Assembly (NCBI GenBank): GCA_051362555.1 | Contig: CM120645.1 | Coordinates: 7,502,001 to 7,566,000 of the forward strand | From: Lingula anatina | Taxonomy: Eukaryota; Animalia; Brachiopoda | Direction: 5' to 3' | DNA length: 64,000 nucleotides | The notes under the pieces: generated by a model | Database searches by the model: none | What the model saw: only the letters and a program-made list of their open reading frames with translations | What the model was told of the DNA's origin: nothing | Program-made: the position numbers and the translations under genes | Shown here: positions 26,928 to 41,797 of the stretch, in pieces | Position numbering within the stretch: position 1 is the stretch's first letter | Layout of the letters: each line of letters starts with the position of its first letter

Positions 26928-28146
26928 TAAAAAATATCTTGAAATGAATATTCTCGCTCATAATCACTTTGGAAATGACAAATCTTTTAAATGAAGATTT
27001 AAGCTGTTGTACATTGCTTTGATTCTATGACAATGTCCGAATGCACTGATATATCTTTATGTTGTACTTCTTGTTAAATACGTGTTGTGGTCACCGCCAA
27101 CAGTACTGCACTAGCAAAACTGGCCAGTCTCGGTTTTGATCCTGTTGGTGAGAGTCACCAAAAGTTAACTGATAATATTGATAAAAAGGACAGCCCAAGA
27201 AATTTTATGTCCAAGGGTCATTTGATCATTGAAGGATAAATATATGTGCCTACATTAAAACAGTTCATGCCGTGAATATAGGATTAGCAGAATTCGACAC
27301 GGGTGGTGGTGCGTTTGCGTGACTGCCCGTGTCTGAGGGGGGGGGGGGGGGGGGGGGTTACCATTTACACAAAAATAACACCAACAGATTATTAGAATTA
27401 AATGGATTTACGTGCAGAAGCACAATAGAATGAATATCATCCTTCACGAGGCACTTTATTTTTGTAGGTGGAGGGTGGGGAACACGGAATCACGGCGAAT
27501 CAAATTGCATTTTACTATAAGCAGCGACAATAAATTTAATGGATCACGAGTCACGGAGCCAGCACATGTTCTATCTCTGAGAACAGACGTCTGTATTTCG
27601 GTACAAGGAAAACACATTGAAAGCTGCAGGCGGCGACTTTCCGCCGTTATAGAACGAGTTTTGTGATTGATCACTAGCGTGATGAAAGATTTCGAACTGC
27701 GCTAGATGAAAACACTTGGTGTTGAGGATTATAAAGTAGAGGTATGTAAATAAATCCAAACAGAAATAATAAATGGGAGAAATGAAAAAAAGCATATATT
27801 ATATAGATGAATGACATTTGACATCGAGCAACATGTTTTTTTAGAGTATTTTACTCACATAGCTAAGGCATGGGGAACAACCCAAAAGAGCAGGTTAATT
27901 ATGTTTGAACTCCCAAATTGCGTCAACATTTCAAAGAGAAGTCTAATCTTGGAAACAAAAAAGAAAAAAAACGTACATGTGTATTCATTACACTAGAGAT
28001 TGATCTTCTGTTTTATAATCGTATTTTTATACAATATTTAAAAACAACAAAACAGTTTGAATTAATAATCACAGCATGGTTTTTATTTCCATTTTTCATA
28101 ACCATGTACATAAACGTATGCTATTTCAAGCAATGGTAAAAATCGA

Positions 28147-28832
28147 CTACTCTTTGGACTGAGGGCATTCCTCTCTGCTGTTCACGCACTTGTTGCCGTC
28201 CCGAGAGACCCAAATTTTGTTTTCAGGGCAGCGACAACCTATGACACACTGCAGGGTGCAAACCCATGGGTCCGGCTCCCCGCAGACGCGCGGGCAAGCG
28301 GAATAACAGGTACCCCACTTCAAATCCCCAGTGCAAGCAGCCTGCTTCCCTGGTGGAAAATATAAAACGAGAAGGTAAATATATTTTTTTCGTGATCACA
28401 ACACATATAGAATCACTAAAATAGAACAGACTGTTAAATTTATTTAAGGATATACAATAAAACAATGCGAAGCGGATTTCGCTACAGAGAAGTTTTCAGA
28501 ATGTAACTTTACTGCAAAATGTACATACATATTGATCCATATTCATCGTCCCTCTATAGTAAAAGAAAACTACAGAATTTAAAGCAATAATATTTTATGG
28601 ATGTACACGTATGGCAACAGAGGGATATTCAAAAGAACTTTCAAGCTGTAATTAATCAGGTTTGGGGTTGCCTTCTTCTTTTGAATGATCATTTCTCTTA
28701 AAGTTACACCAAACATATTTAAGTTTTCATTTCTGTTGTCATATGTTTGCAAAACTACTTACATAGGTCAATAAGATTTCTACAGTACACTTCGCTCACG
28801 AGCACAAGTAAGAAGATTGCCACAGCCTTCAT
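28147..28832 (-). CDS. Secreted TIL inhibitor 3 (subfamily A; loop CTLQC); not in the supplied ORF track
   Basis: Exons 28763-28832 (MKAVAIFLLVLVSEVYCRNLIDL) and 28147-28349 (W-KQAACTGDLKWGTCYSACPRVCGEPDPWVCTLQCVIGCRCPENKIWVSRDGNKCVNSREECPQSKE*). Exon-1 donor at 31309/31308; TATAAAA at 31376-31370. Confidence 0.9.
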
Positions 28833-31800
28833 CGTTTTGTTCTCTTCTGAGGTATTGAAACAAAAATAAAGAAAATATGGCATTTATATCTAAATGACCT
28901 ACCACTATTACGAATTACATCGAGAGCGTAAATGTTTATTAACATACCATAGAGATATCACATTAAGTGGAAAAGAGGTTGACCTACTGTTTTCAAACTT
29001 ATTACAGGAGTGATCATATTACAAAAACACAGGTTGTCTTCGAATGCATTTCTTTGAAGTTATGTAATTTTTTTTGTCTCAGTGCTCAATGGTGGAAAGT
29101 TAAAATTTTTATGTAAATTTTTTAACTTGAGGATCGAACCACTGTCCGATTTTTTTAAAAATCAATATAATTATTTACTTACGTGTTTATAAATCTATTT
29201 ATGAGAATTGTCATAATCATTTTAGTGCTATTTAATATTTCATATCGTTTTATTTGTTAATTCGGTATCATCACTATATGAGCACTATTGTATTTTAATA
29301 TCTATTTTAATATAAATATTTTAGAAAACGGAAATTTACCTCTAAATGACTGGTCAGTCATTTGAAAGATTTCAGGCAAAAAGCATACATTTGGAATCAA
29401 ACATTTTACCTTTTAACTTTACTCTATGGGATTTAAGAAAGAATTTCAAGATGCCATGCCGGGTTCTTTTACACTTTCCTTTGGGGGCCGTGAGGGAGCG
29501 TAATGTATAATCAATAAATTATATAACAGGAATCAAAATAAAAAAAAAGAGAGAGGCAAATGTTTGCACGGAGCACGTCAGATATACATCTAAAAACTAC
29601 GTTTACAGCTCACCTTTTTACAGTCTTTGGTTCGCGTGCAGCTCCGATGCGCGTTTCACCTGTCTTCTGCTGCGGTATTAATACAGTAAAGGAAATCAGG
29701 CAGTGAGAGACCAAGGAAAATCAAATTAACCTTTGTAACACACACTCAGACAAGTGGCACCCTTTCCGCCTTAATCACATTAGGAAAATCAATCAACTCG
29801 AGAAAAAGGCCCGCTTAAGTATTATCAGTTTTGCCATTGCCCTATTGTACGTATTGTACGTGCACACCCGCATGATGCCTATGTATGTTTCAGCTGATAA
29901 GTTCTAATGATTCAAAACATGTCAATCATTGAAATGTATCTTGAAGTTCAGGTTTGGATGGAAAACCGCGTAGACCGCATGCACTATATCTTGTGAGCCC
30001 AGCTAAGACGCACCTGGACAAGGATACTGTGCTTGTTAAATTTAAGTTAATTAATGATGGGGAGGTTATTCATTTCAGCGTGAGCAGAGATTAAAATCAA
30101 TACAATTATGAAAATATTAAATATGCAATCAAAAAACAAACTTGCGTCTTTCGTGTATAACCATCATTCTTAGTATTACTCTTAATAATCCTGAAACGGT
30201 CAATCTATTGGGAACTCGTTCTTAATTCTTCTGTCTTATATTTTGGTCACATTGATTTCGATCGTTTTATGGGATGCATCTGCGCGCACATTATTCTCGC
30301 CTGTTCTCAAAATAAATAAATAAATAAATAAATAAATAAACAGATAGATAAAATAAAAGATAAAAAATAAAAATAAGAATATATAAAAATAATTATAAAT
30401 ACAAATAAAAACTCCGGAACTGACAGAAATCACTGTCTGCGGCTACTTAAATACCGCAGAAGCCTGGGTTGCTGTAAAACACGATTATCTTCCACCGCAA
30501 AACCCGCTGAATTTGTTGTAAAATGATCCTCCTGCACATTTTTTTGTATTGTCGCCAAGCATGAATGCAAATATGGTGTCCGCGTCGTCAGCGTCAAAAT
30601 ACATCAGCATAACTGTCACAAGAAGACAGGGGTGGGGGCGTGATTTAGAGGTTTTTTTTTTTTGCCCTCTCGCATTAAATTCGGGGTATCCAAATTCGTC
30701 AGTGTGACGTAACGGGTGACTATAGGCAAACCCTGGCAGATTAATAATGTTGAATGAGACTCTGCCAGAAAAAGACTTACCTTTGTTATACAGTGTAATT
30801 ATTTTAAAATCCCTTTTTTTTGTCTCTTAGTCTATATATGGTATAATTTTTCTTATCAATTCAGATTTTATTGTGGCCAGGCAGTATTTTAAAATGGTAT
30901 AATACATTATGCAAAAGCAGTTCTTAAAAGTAGTTTTTAAAAGACTAATAAGTTTAAGGAAAATTAAACATCTGATATAACATCAGATCTGATATAAAGA
31001 ATGCCATAATCATCCCTTTGATTCAATCACTAAATCACCTCTCACAATGACCACCTCTCACAATTAAGATTATTTTTGGAATGTATCAAAAACAGTCATG
31101 AAGTCTAGGATTATGGTGAATTAAATGGTTCCTACTATTTTGACTTTGCTAGTTACTGATAAAAAGCAATGCATATGATGTATTTTTTCTATTTCTTTTG
31201 TAATATTACTACCTATTTACAATTTCAACCTTACCTGATCAGGTTTTGGTTGCATGGTCATATTTTAATTTGGCCTAGGCAGAATTAAAATTTAATAACA
31301 ATCCTTACCTTGTTTATCCTTTGTCAAGCTACTTGTGCATCAAAATGATCGGACAACAAAGCCCATTACTTTTATATCGCACGACCTTCCCATTTTGTTA
31401 TGAGAGTAGCTTTTTGTTGTAATTATCTCCTAATTTGTTTTGTATCATGAAGGAAATAAGAATATCGGCATTATAGGAGTTAAGTATAGTGTTAATCTCC
31501 AAAGGCAATTATATGTCGGAATGCGATGGGGTTTCCACTTTAGGTATCTATTGTAGTAGTGCTCTCAAAGCTAATGACTATTATCTTTAATTTGATGTGC
31601 CTGGATGCGGTATCATAATTTGCCCTTTTTCCTGTTAAGATATCACTTGGAAGGTGTTTTTCACACTAAATCGTCATAACAATCGGCTTAATTTTGGCCT
31701 TTTGTTACATAGCGATCCAAAAAAAAAAAATTGACATGTTAATTGGGAATCCCACCCCGTGGCATTACACTGTCACCACCACACGTTTTGTGCTCGTTTA

Positions 31801-33457
31801 AGGTCGTGTCTATCTGGACTCTCCTCTACACGCGAGTTCTGTCATTGCTGTTCTGGCCCTTTTTGAGGGCATTTGTAGTGTCCTTTTATCCGTATGTCCG
31901 ACAAATAATGAAAATGGTCCTGAACAGGGCATTTGATACATGTACAAGGTCGAACTGACCTGGGTCTGTTGGTAAATTGTAATAAGGATCAAACTCAATC
32001 TCTTTTGATAAAATAAACAAGTACGATAAAGAAATGGAAGCTCTAAAATGCTATTGTCTGTGGAAAGCTAGTACCGGGGTATATGGGGGCTTCTTCTCCG
32101 TGTATTTGTTCTACTTGTCGTTGAAGTGTGTAATATGTGACCTTGCCATTTATATTATTATTCGGTCAGAGCAAGAATACATGTATATTATTTAGGGGCG
32201 GATCCAGACAGTCTCACAGTCTTCCTAATTATCCTTTTTGATCCAGCTACCATTTTGACCGTCTCCGACAAAATTAGATGTCCGTCAATGTAAACTTGTC
32301 TGGGACTGGTGAGACTTGTGATGAAGTACGGCACCGGGCTGTCAAAAGCATTAGCAGATGTATACATGTGTTTCCCTCTCCGTGATAAGTAAGAAAGTTT
32401 TCATGAGATTTAAACCTACTAACCGAATTTGTGTGGCTCTGTGGTAACTCCGCTGTCTTGAACACTGGCAGACACTTGTACGCGGGTTCGATTTCCAAAT
32501 GTTAGATGTAACTTTTTTGCTAGAAATAAATTTCAAAAATTGTGTTGGATTACTATAAGAAGAAACACATAGCTATAGGGAATGGGTGAGTTATACATGG
32601 CGCAGTGCACGGTGGGAAAAAATCCCACAGCCGTCATCGAAAAGTCACGGAAGTCACGAGTTCAAATATCGGACGACGCATGTCACCTCACCGCAACAGC
32701 AGCCTAGTCCCAGAATCGGGAAGTCACGAGAACGAATGAGACTCGTAACATGTTCCTTTTTTCTTTTAACTCGCTGGTAATATTTGTATTTGAACCTTTT
32801 TAAGGGGGTGTCCATGCCGTTATCACCTCATCTTACTAATCTCGCCCTAAAGCGTTCTGTTCTCTGCCGTGTCCCCTCATCACCCTTTTTTGTAATAATT
32901 TGTAATACCCATATATTTTATCTCTCAGTTGATCAGAATGCGAGAATGTAAGTTGAAATAGGGCCTATATAGTCATATTTTTACCCGCTTTACAATAAAC
33001 ATATTTCACTCAGTACGTATTAAATATGCTTGAGATCAAAATACAGACCATATACTGAAAAGTCTCAGACTAAAATATGAGTGACTTAAGTTTACAATAT
33101 TTACATAACATTGTCAAATGAAGGCCTATAGGTTGTGACAATATATAACCATACCGGCAACCTGAAGATGATGATGGTGATGCACATATATTATTTATAT
33201 TTATAATAATATATTATTTATATATTTTGTTCTTCCGTTTATTATTTTTGATCTGACAAAAACAATTTATTTTGGAATAATCCGCAATTATTCAAACACT
33301 ATATTTCATTGTGCACACTGAGGATGTTGACCTGATTTACCTGATCCTGATTGTATTGGAAATATAACACGGGCCCCATTATCAAACTCCCCTCTCCCCA
33401 TTACCCAAAACTGGACGTTTCACTTTCTGATAGGTGTCATTGCGTGGGCAATGTTGT

Positions 33458-33639
33458 AGCGTATTCAGACGGCTGACTAACAGATCCGCGGATCAAATTT
33501 GGCCAACCCACTCGAATGCTTGTTGCGTTATCCGCTCGGGGAATCTATTCGATGTGTAATCGGGAATAAAGTGGCAAGCTTTTAGTTGGGTCGCCATATT
33601 TGATCCGCGGATCTGTTAGTCCGCTGTTCTGAATCCGCT
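33458..33639. mobile_element. Small MITE-like inverted repeat
   Basis: gactaacagatccgcggatcaaat at ~33475 and its reverse complement atttgatccgcggatctgttagtc at ~33598; pairing extends imperfectly on both sides. Confidence 0.65.
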
Positions 33640-33825
33640 TTTTGATACAGTCATCGCCAATTCAACACACTGTAGCTTATTTAAGAAAAACTTCAATGGA
33701 TCCTCTTGGTAAAGATAGGTAACACTCAGAAGAATTTGCATGTTATATTCAAGTATGATTTTAAAACAAAAAGTGGATTAACTTTGAACAGAAGCGTAAA
33801 CCAAATCAATTTGCATATATTACAT

Positions 33826-34103
33826 CCAGTGGCCGATTTCGGGGGTGGGGGGTGTCGGGGGGGGGGGGGGGGTCATGAGCCCCCTTCGATTTCTGAAAAA
33901 AAAGTCACACCAATGGTGCCCTCTTGAAATTAGAATTTAGATAAACTGAACCATAGCTTTAAACCTTACCAAGTGTTAGCCCTCTAAAATACCGGACTTT
34001 TCGAGGCCATTCAGCGGGCCCCGAACCCCACGCCATGGGGGAGGGGGTCGGCTTTGCTTCCGCGGACCCCCCCCCCCCCTAAAATAATCTGGATCCGCCC
34101 CTG
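33826..34103. repeat. G/C-tract MITE-like repeat (cagtggccgattt...ggatccgcccctg)
   Basis: Short imperfect inverted ends with internal poly-G and poly-C; a related end (aggggcggatccag) occurs at ~32194 and a similarly built element at ~34642-34806. Confidence 0.45.
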
Positions 34104-34348
34104 AAATGTTTCATCGACGGATGGCTCTGGACTATTTCAATATTTCAAAGTACAGTCCTGGAGTTGCAAAAACATGTAAAATTCGCTGCATGATCATCGA
34201 TCTTCGAATTCGTTTAAATAAATAACAAAGCAGGTTAACTAAAATCGACATGGATTTTATTTGCATTTCATATGGCGACATATACATTTTCAAATGTGCT
34301 TTCAGAAAATGGAACCATTTTGAAAAAGAATCGTCTATCCTTTAGACT

Positions 34349-35153
34349 TTAAGGGCAATCCTTTCTGCTGTCAACGCATTTGTCGCTCTTCCGAGAGACC
34401 CGGATTTTGCCATAAGGACAGCCACATCCTAAGACACACTGCATGGTGCAAAACCTGGCTGGTGGTTCCCCGCAGATGCTTGGACACGCGGAATTACAGC
34501 CACTCCATATCAAGTCCCCGGTGCAAGTACCCTTATCTTCAACTGTGGGAGATATAAAATGGAAATGGTAAATAAGTCTGTGAGAGCAGAACACAGTTCA
34601 ATAGCGCATATAGAATAGATTAGTACATACAATGAAAGCTACAGGAACGTAGCCAGGGGCGCTCGGTGGGTTCGAAAGAACCCCCTTTTTGCCAGGAAAA
34701 GGTCCCCTCTGGGTAAAATTTTATCTAGGTACATGAAGGTTTCATGGTAAAAGGTCCACTTTTCAGAAAAAGAACCCCCATTTTGAAATTGCTTGCTAAG
34801 GGGCTGGGCTGTGTATGTGTGTGACGAAAACGGCGGCAGATCAGGTGGTGAGGGAGAGTTGAGGCGGCACGAGGATAAAACTGTATAGTTCACGGGCGAA
34901 AAATTTTCTCTCTCGTTTTTTTTTCTTTTTTGTCATGCTTTTTGATATAGGATGGACAATTGGGTACTTTTGGAACAAAGCAGAGTAGGGCACGTGGACC
35001 ATTGCAATTGATCTAATTGAGGGTCACGCCAAGCAAACTCTCAGTAATCATTTAGACTGCCATATATTTACATAACTACTTACTTGCGTTAATTACAGTT
35101 CCACAGAACATTTGAGTCACAAGTACAAGGAAGAAGAATGTCGCAGCCTTCAT
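34349..35153 (-). CDS. Secreted TIL inhibitor 4 (subfamily A; loop CTMQC)
   Basis: Exons 35084-35153 (MKAATFFFLVLVTQMFCGTVINA) and 34349-34542 (I-EDKGTCTGDLIWSGCNSACPSICGEPPARFCTMQCVLGCGCPYGKIRVSRKSDKCVDSRKDCP*). Exon-1 donor at 35374/35373; TATAAGA at 35444-35438. Confidence 0.9.
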
Positions 35154-37218
35154 TGTGTTGTTTTCTTCTGAAAAAAGAAACAAACAAAATAACCTGGTAA
35201 CACCTGAGTATGTAATATAACCGTATATTTTTACTTTTACTTAAAATTACGTAAAATAGTCCGTTTGAAAGTGGTTATCTTCAAAGAACAATGACCAGGT
35301 TAAGGTTTTTACAAGCACTGGTGAATTTCACAGACTTGGAGTCTTAAGTTAAATATGAAGTAACAATTCTTACCTTGTATATCCCGAGTCACAGCAAGCG
35401 AAGCAACAAGATGACCGCGGGCAACAGAGACCGACACTCTTATAGCGCCTTACTCACCTGATTAGGTATCAAAATAGCGCTCTCTTATTGCCTCCTTTAT
35501 TTGATTTACGTATTAAGGTGATAAGGCTATCGTGATTATCACACCAGTTACTTTTGCTCTGCTGACTTCAAAGCTTAACATCAAAACAGGCTAATTGTAA
35601 CATTTAGACAGTGTTGATAATATGTGGATATTCACAACAATCCGCTTCTTTGATTAGATGATTCTGCATGGATGTGTGCCGTTAGTACATGTCACCATGA
35701 TTTGACTTCTTACATCTCAGTCATACACGCAGTAACGTAAAATACACTAATATACTAGAGTTGGTACATGTAGCATCAAAAACATCTTGAAATACAAAGT
35801 AACACTCGTACCCGTTAAGATCTTTTAAAATGATGACAAAAAATAAAAAAAATGTTTTTGTCTGTAGAATTCTAGTTCAAGGGACATGGGTTGCTTTTAA
35901 TCAGTGGATTAGCCATACGAGTGCTTGCCACGTGAGTGTAATGTGCAGCCTTGTCCTTGACATCAAAATGAACAGATAATGAGCATTCAGTGGATCAAAT
36001 CTTACAGTGTCCACAAGCCTGAGTACTGGTATTATAGTTATGTCATTGGGTACAGTTTTCATTAAGTAAACAGTATATGATAAATGTCTCAGTTTTACGG
36101 GAGCACAAAGCCACAATTTATTCTACGCCGTTTTACATAGAAACTTAACTCTAACCGGTTTGGTGTAGCTATACATACAGAGAAATCTCGCCGTCCTTCT
36201 GTGGAGGTAAGGCCTGCGTAGAGCAGACGTGATATCTCTTCAGCCGCTCCCTTAACAAAATATCAGGCCTACTGCAAACACTCTTGCAATTTGCTGCAAA
36301 TTTGCGAGAACATGAATATCTTGTAGCAAACTCACTCCAAACTTAGGAGGTTCTACCAAATTTGCTTCAAATTCAATACAACTCTTTCTCGCAAACTCCT
36401 GCAAACTGTTGCTGCAAAATTTTAGCTGCTAACTTTTCATTTTACTGAGGGATGTACCATTGTGATTCTCAATAAGCTTCTCTGGGTGAAACGATATATA
36501 TCCACATGTAATGGGACAGACTACGACTCAAAGGTTGCTATATTTACCTGTGATACTTGAAGTGATCTGCTCGAGATCAGATGCGCGCTAGAGAATCCAG
36601 TTTTATGACCAGATTTATTAGATTTATTCCAGAATATCCTTTGTGGGGTTTTCCTTGCCCAGTGCGTTTGGGCACCAGTCAAGGTTATGGCCTCTTTGCA
36701 ACCCCACAAATGAAATTTGTGCAAAATTGTTGGTAAATAATAACTTTTGCTGACTCGTCGCATCATAATTTGTAGGATGATGAGTCTTATTGAATATTTG
36801 ATATATAATTTTTATCCCTAAGGCCATAACATTTAATACAGGCAACAATTTGCTACATTGTTATTAAATGCGCTTGTTCTAAAAGCCAACACATTCTTGT
36901 ATTAAACTGCAAAAAAGTTAATAGATCAAGTTGCAATAGTTGAGATGCATGACGCGTACCATTGTATCTCTTTATAAGTCAGAGGCAATATTTCTGCCAC
37001 TGAAAAAACATATTTTAAGTTTAAAGTGAACACACGACTGTAGTAATTAATTCTTTTATGTAATGTTTTATAACTGCAAAAAGAAGATTGTTTTCGTTTC
37101 TTTTTACATACATTTCAATTTTTTTTCTAAATTAAAAAAAATATATAATAATAATAAATGTTGTCTGCAATTGCAACTGCAAGGGCCAATTAAGTAATAC
37201 AATAAATGCATGCGTGGC

Positions 37219-37261
<43 letters not shown>

Positions 37262-38964
37262 ATGATAATAATATTTATTGAGTGTCATCTGCAAAATAAC
37301 TGTCTTAAGATTGTGTTTGGAGATGACATCCTCAAGGGGCATATACCCTAGGTTCTACATTTCAGTTTTGCCAGCTCGATCTTGATTTCATATATAACCC
37401 ATACCAGCAAACCTGTGAAGCTATCCCATGAAAATGTTTGAATAGTTAGCAAGCTAGCTTTACAGTGGCCCTGACACTCAGGGCAGGGGCACAGTGCATG
37501 AAGTGAAAAAAGTAAAGGGCCCAGAACTGACCCCTGAGGAACACACTACAACATGTACGTAAGAGTTTCTGGGTCAGATAATAAGGACTGGATTGCTACT
37601 CCTTGTTTCTTTTCATGTGAGTGTAGAGTGTAGCCAATCAAGCATCACTCCTTTATACCAAACTGATACTGCAGCCGCTGAGGTAAAATATTGTTGAAAG
37701 ATCCATGAGAACTAAAATGACATTACAATGAATGTAAAATGAAAACATTGTATCATTGTGAACCCTCATTAAGTGTTATCAATAAACTCGCCCCGGTGTT
37801 TATCAGTTTATCTGAGGCTATCCCCAGAAAAAAAAACGAGAGAAAGTTGGAATGCAGTAATGTGGAAACGCACTGTGTTCACTGCACAATTGTCTTAGTT
37901 AGCATTATATCTACAATTTCTGTGATGCTTTAATTACCATCAATTCATTGTCCTCATCCTAAAATCAGAATTAAAAAAAAAACTCTACTATAAATATGCA
38001 TGCCTCTGTCATTTCAAGAATATTATACGGATTGTATTGTATACGACATGGGCTGATAATATACAGGTGAGTTGCCAGTCACCCGTGAAATTCAGGGTAC
38101 ATGTACATGTACTGTACGCCAGTGGTTATCCCGACGGTGGCAAAAATAATGAGAAATATAATGAATAAATAATCGTTATTAGTCTTAATTGTCAAACTTC
38201 CAATAAATAACTCATTCGACGAGCGTCCTTGATTATTTCCTGGATAATAATGTTGTGCTTTGGGATCCTATAATTTTTTGGCACTCGATGCATTTTATGC
38301 ACACTGCATACGGATTCCCATATGATACTAGAAGTAAACTACATACTTGTGTTTGTATTTGGAAACAAACCAAGACAAAGATATATTCAACACGTTAAAT
38401 CTCAATGTGTATCCAATTGCTTCATCATAAAATACAGGGTAATTGCAGGGTGATTGTTCTTAAAATATGGAAATATTCAGTCGCATCATGAAGATCATAA
38501 AATACGACAGGCCAGGATCTCGTGTGTGTATATCATTTCGTTGCATCTCGTGTGTCAAGTTTTCTTGATCCGTATATACTTGGCTAAATAAGACATCCAG
38601 CAGGCAATACAAGATAAAAAAAATACCTTTACGATCTCGACCACAAGATCATAAACGCTGGATGTGTCTTTCATTGGCATTATTTTCTAAAATTTAATTG
38701 GTTTAGTATAGTCTGGTTATATGTGATATGGACGCCCTCCGTGTTTAAGCCATTTGCTGGGTTGTCTTTGCGTTACGTTACTACATATTGTGCAGGCATA
38801 GAAGTGGGATAAGCAAGGAAATGGGTTGCATCCAGTCAGAATATTATATCAAAGAGCCCAAAAGAGACAAAATATTGCGGATAATCTCAATTCTGTTTAT
38901 TATATTTCATCTTAACTATAACCATACTTGGTGGCAGAATATTGAGACGAAAGTGATTGCCGTT

Positions 38965-39463
38965 TCACTGCGGACAGTCCTCCCTACTCTTCACGCATTG
39001 GGTGCTGGTCTCGCTGACCCGGATTTTCTTGTCCTGGGGGCAAGCACAGCCAGAGACACACATCATTATGCAGAACAATTGTTCCTCTTTCCCGCAAACC
39101 GGCGGACACGCGGAACCGCAGGAATACCACTGCAAATCCCCCGGACATACCGGTATTTTAGGCCGATTGGATCGCACCAACTTCTTCCCTTGATATGAAG
39201 CATACAGTACTAAAGCATACTCATATGGTTGAATTTATCGTCACCATGTATCAATTAGGTGATAAGAGATTAGTTTTCATAGAATTAATTGCGAAAAAAC
39301 TAATCAAAAAATTGGAAGGCAAATCAGCTTTATACAGTTGCCAGTGGTTAAAATTGACTACACCCAAATTAACATTGGACGTCACTTATGGCACTTCGTA
39401 CTTACACATCACACAGTCTGTCCCAACTGCCAGTAAAACTACCAAGACAATCACGATCTTCAT
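38965..39463 (-). CDS. Secreted TIL inhibitor 5 (subfamily B; loop CIMMC)
   Basis: Exons 39406-39463 (MKIVIVLVVLLAVGTDCVM) and 38965-39188 (W-KKLVRSNRPKIPVCPGDLQWYSCGSACPPVCGKEEQLFCIMMCVSGCACPQDKKIRVSETSTQCVKSREDCPQ*). Confidence 0.9.
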
Positions 39464-40145
39464 CGCATCAGTGTTCACCTGAAATATATGCAATGGTTTG
39501 AAATTCACGATAGAAAAAACACATGGGATGGCGTGAGATTATAATTCTTATGCAAAGTTTTTTTCGGTAAATTAAGTTTTCAGTTTGTATAAATGTTTTT
39601 TTTTTTTCAATTTTAATAAATCATAGATATTTTATCTTAATACTTTATGTTAGAAAACGAGATATAGCTGGAAGAGGCAAGCATGTATGAAGTTTGTGGC
39701 CAGAGGAAATAACGCAAGAACAAATATGTACATGCACTAAGGACCTGCGTCTTCCAAAACGGTTCCACCAGAAAAAAAATGAATTTTTTAAACTAAAAAT
39801 ATCTTGGTAAAGTAATCTGGGAATTACTGCATGTATGACGTAAGCCACAGGCCTCCTGTCCATGTTACCAAGCCTCTCAACAAACAAACATAAAAACTAT
39901 AGGAAATGTCTGCAGAAAATTTTTGACTGATCTGGGACACTTTTGCCACACGTCGTAGTTACTGTAGTGACGGTGACATTTTGTCAAGGATAAATTTAAT
40001 GAGAATAAGCAGGTAGTATGCGACGATGCTGGGTGGAACGTGTCCCTTTTGTCACTCAGTTATATAATGAGCGGAGCATTCAATGCGCAATATTAATGTC
40101 CATTTTTAGCTTAACTAGGCACCGTCGACTAAATACAAGTAAATG

Positions 40146-41797
40146 CAGACTTGACATTTAATATGGAATATTTTTTCCAAATCATTTTTCATCAGTTTTT
40201 CCTATTTTGCTGACTGTTAAATGAAAATAAGGATTAAAATCGTGTTCTAATAGCTTTTCATTATCTTTTTGATGTCATTGTGACATCAGTTCATTAATGG
40301 AATTCGCCAGAGAAGCAAACAAAACACAATGCCTATTCTACTTTATACGACAACCATTAAACGAGATATTTTGGATCTCCATACTTTCCAAATTATTGTC
40401 TGTAATAGAGTTACACGCTTCACAAAGGACCCTCATGTCAGTGTCTTGTCACAATAACAGTCGCTGTTACGCCTGGTTTCTTCTGGCTGCTACCAGCGCT
40501 CTCAAATGGCAAGGCATTCCTTATGATAGGTTTTTATCTGGAATAACATTCCAGGCATCGGTCAAAATCTGTCCAATTTGGTCCAGTTTCGTTGTAGGAC
40601 ATGTAGGCCATTGATTTGGCCAGTAATGGCCTACCCACATATTGCCAACGTGGTTCAAATATGGCGGTTTTGATGACCAGGGTAGCTGCTCATTCCCTTG
40701 GTTCTCTAAGTAATCTGCTATTAAAAGTGCTCTGTGTGAACCGGCAATCTCACCGTGCAACCTAAAATTGTTCCTAAGGTGCCCCCTTATCAAATGATAG
40801 TCAAGTGGTTCCCAGATTATTCCTTTATTTGATCTGGTTCAGGTTTTCGTCGATGACTGCCATTGGTGTTTTGGCACCAATGTGATATCCACTTCAAATA
40901 CTGACGCTGTTTATGACCTAAGTCACTTTAGACACGGCACACACTTCGTCGTTGGTCTCTTCTGGATGTCTTTAAACTCTGTTTTGACTAGTTGAGCGGT
41001 ACAGGTGAAATCTGTCTTCAATAAAGAAAGCCACGAGATTTCAGTGTTCAGCCCAGAAACGATCAAGGTCCACAATTCATTAGAGAAAAATACAACGATG
41101 TTTTGTTGTTTACAGTGGGTTCCTCGGAGGTCGTCTGGTATTCTAACTTGCTAAAACCAGTTTGGTGTTCGCTTAGGGCCTTGAAAAATGCGTTTTGGTG
41201 GCAATTTACCCCTCATTCTGAACGGACTGGGCGGTTTTTGTTTTGTTGCAACAGCATATCCTGAAAGACAGTGGGTCCTGTACCCTGGTGGTAAGATTTC
41301 AATACATTGAGTGTTGCCTCTATGTGGGTACATCATTCTGGGTATTACTCTATAAAACTGTGCGGACCGTTTCGTTTGGTGCAATTAACTGTCTGGCAAT
41401 ATCTGTCTTTTTCGCGCCATTTTGCCACAGATTAACAATTTTGTAAAGCACTGCATAGCTCATTTTACACACTGCAAAACCGACCACTTGCATGCAAAAT
41501 TTCAAATTTTTCTATGCAGTAGTTGCCGACATATGGATACTTTTTTGACAGAACCATGCTTTGCCAAAGCTAACCTTTGGCCTGCCCAAAGGAGCACTAC
41601 CCAATTAAATTACTGCATATTACATAACGCAGCAGCGCAACAAACCCGTTAGTCAGTTAATTGGAAGCGACACACCTGACTACACACTTCTCCATTCACG
41701 TATCTTATATGAGATCTGAGTTTTTTTAAAAAAAGAACGCATTTCTATCTAGGCATACCCTCGAAACTGAAATATTCCATATTAAATGTCAAGTCTG
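40146..41797 (-). mobile_element. Degenerate Tc1/mariner DNA transposon (~1.65 kb)
   Basis: TIRs cagacttgacatttaatatggaatattt (from 40146) and aaatattccatattaaatgtcaagtctg (to 41797) followed by TA. Decayed transposase LPWSSKPPYLNHVGNMW (cf. WPxxSPDLNPIENxW) in ORF 40521-40793. Paralogous spacers (~53400, ~62540) show the empty site. Confidence 0.85.
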
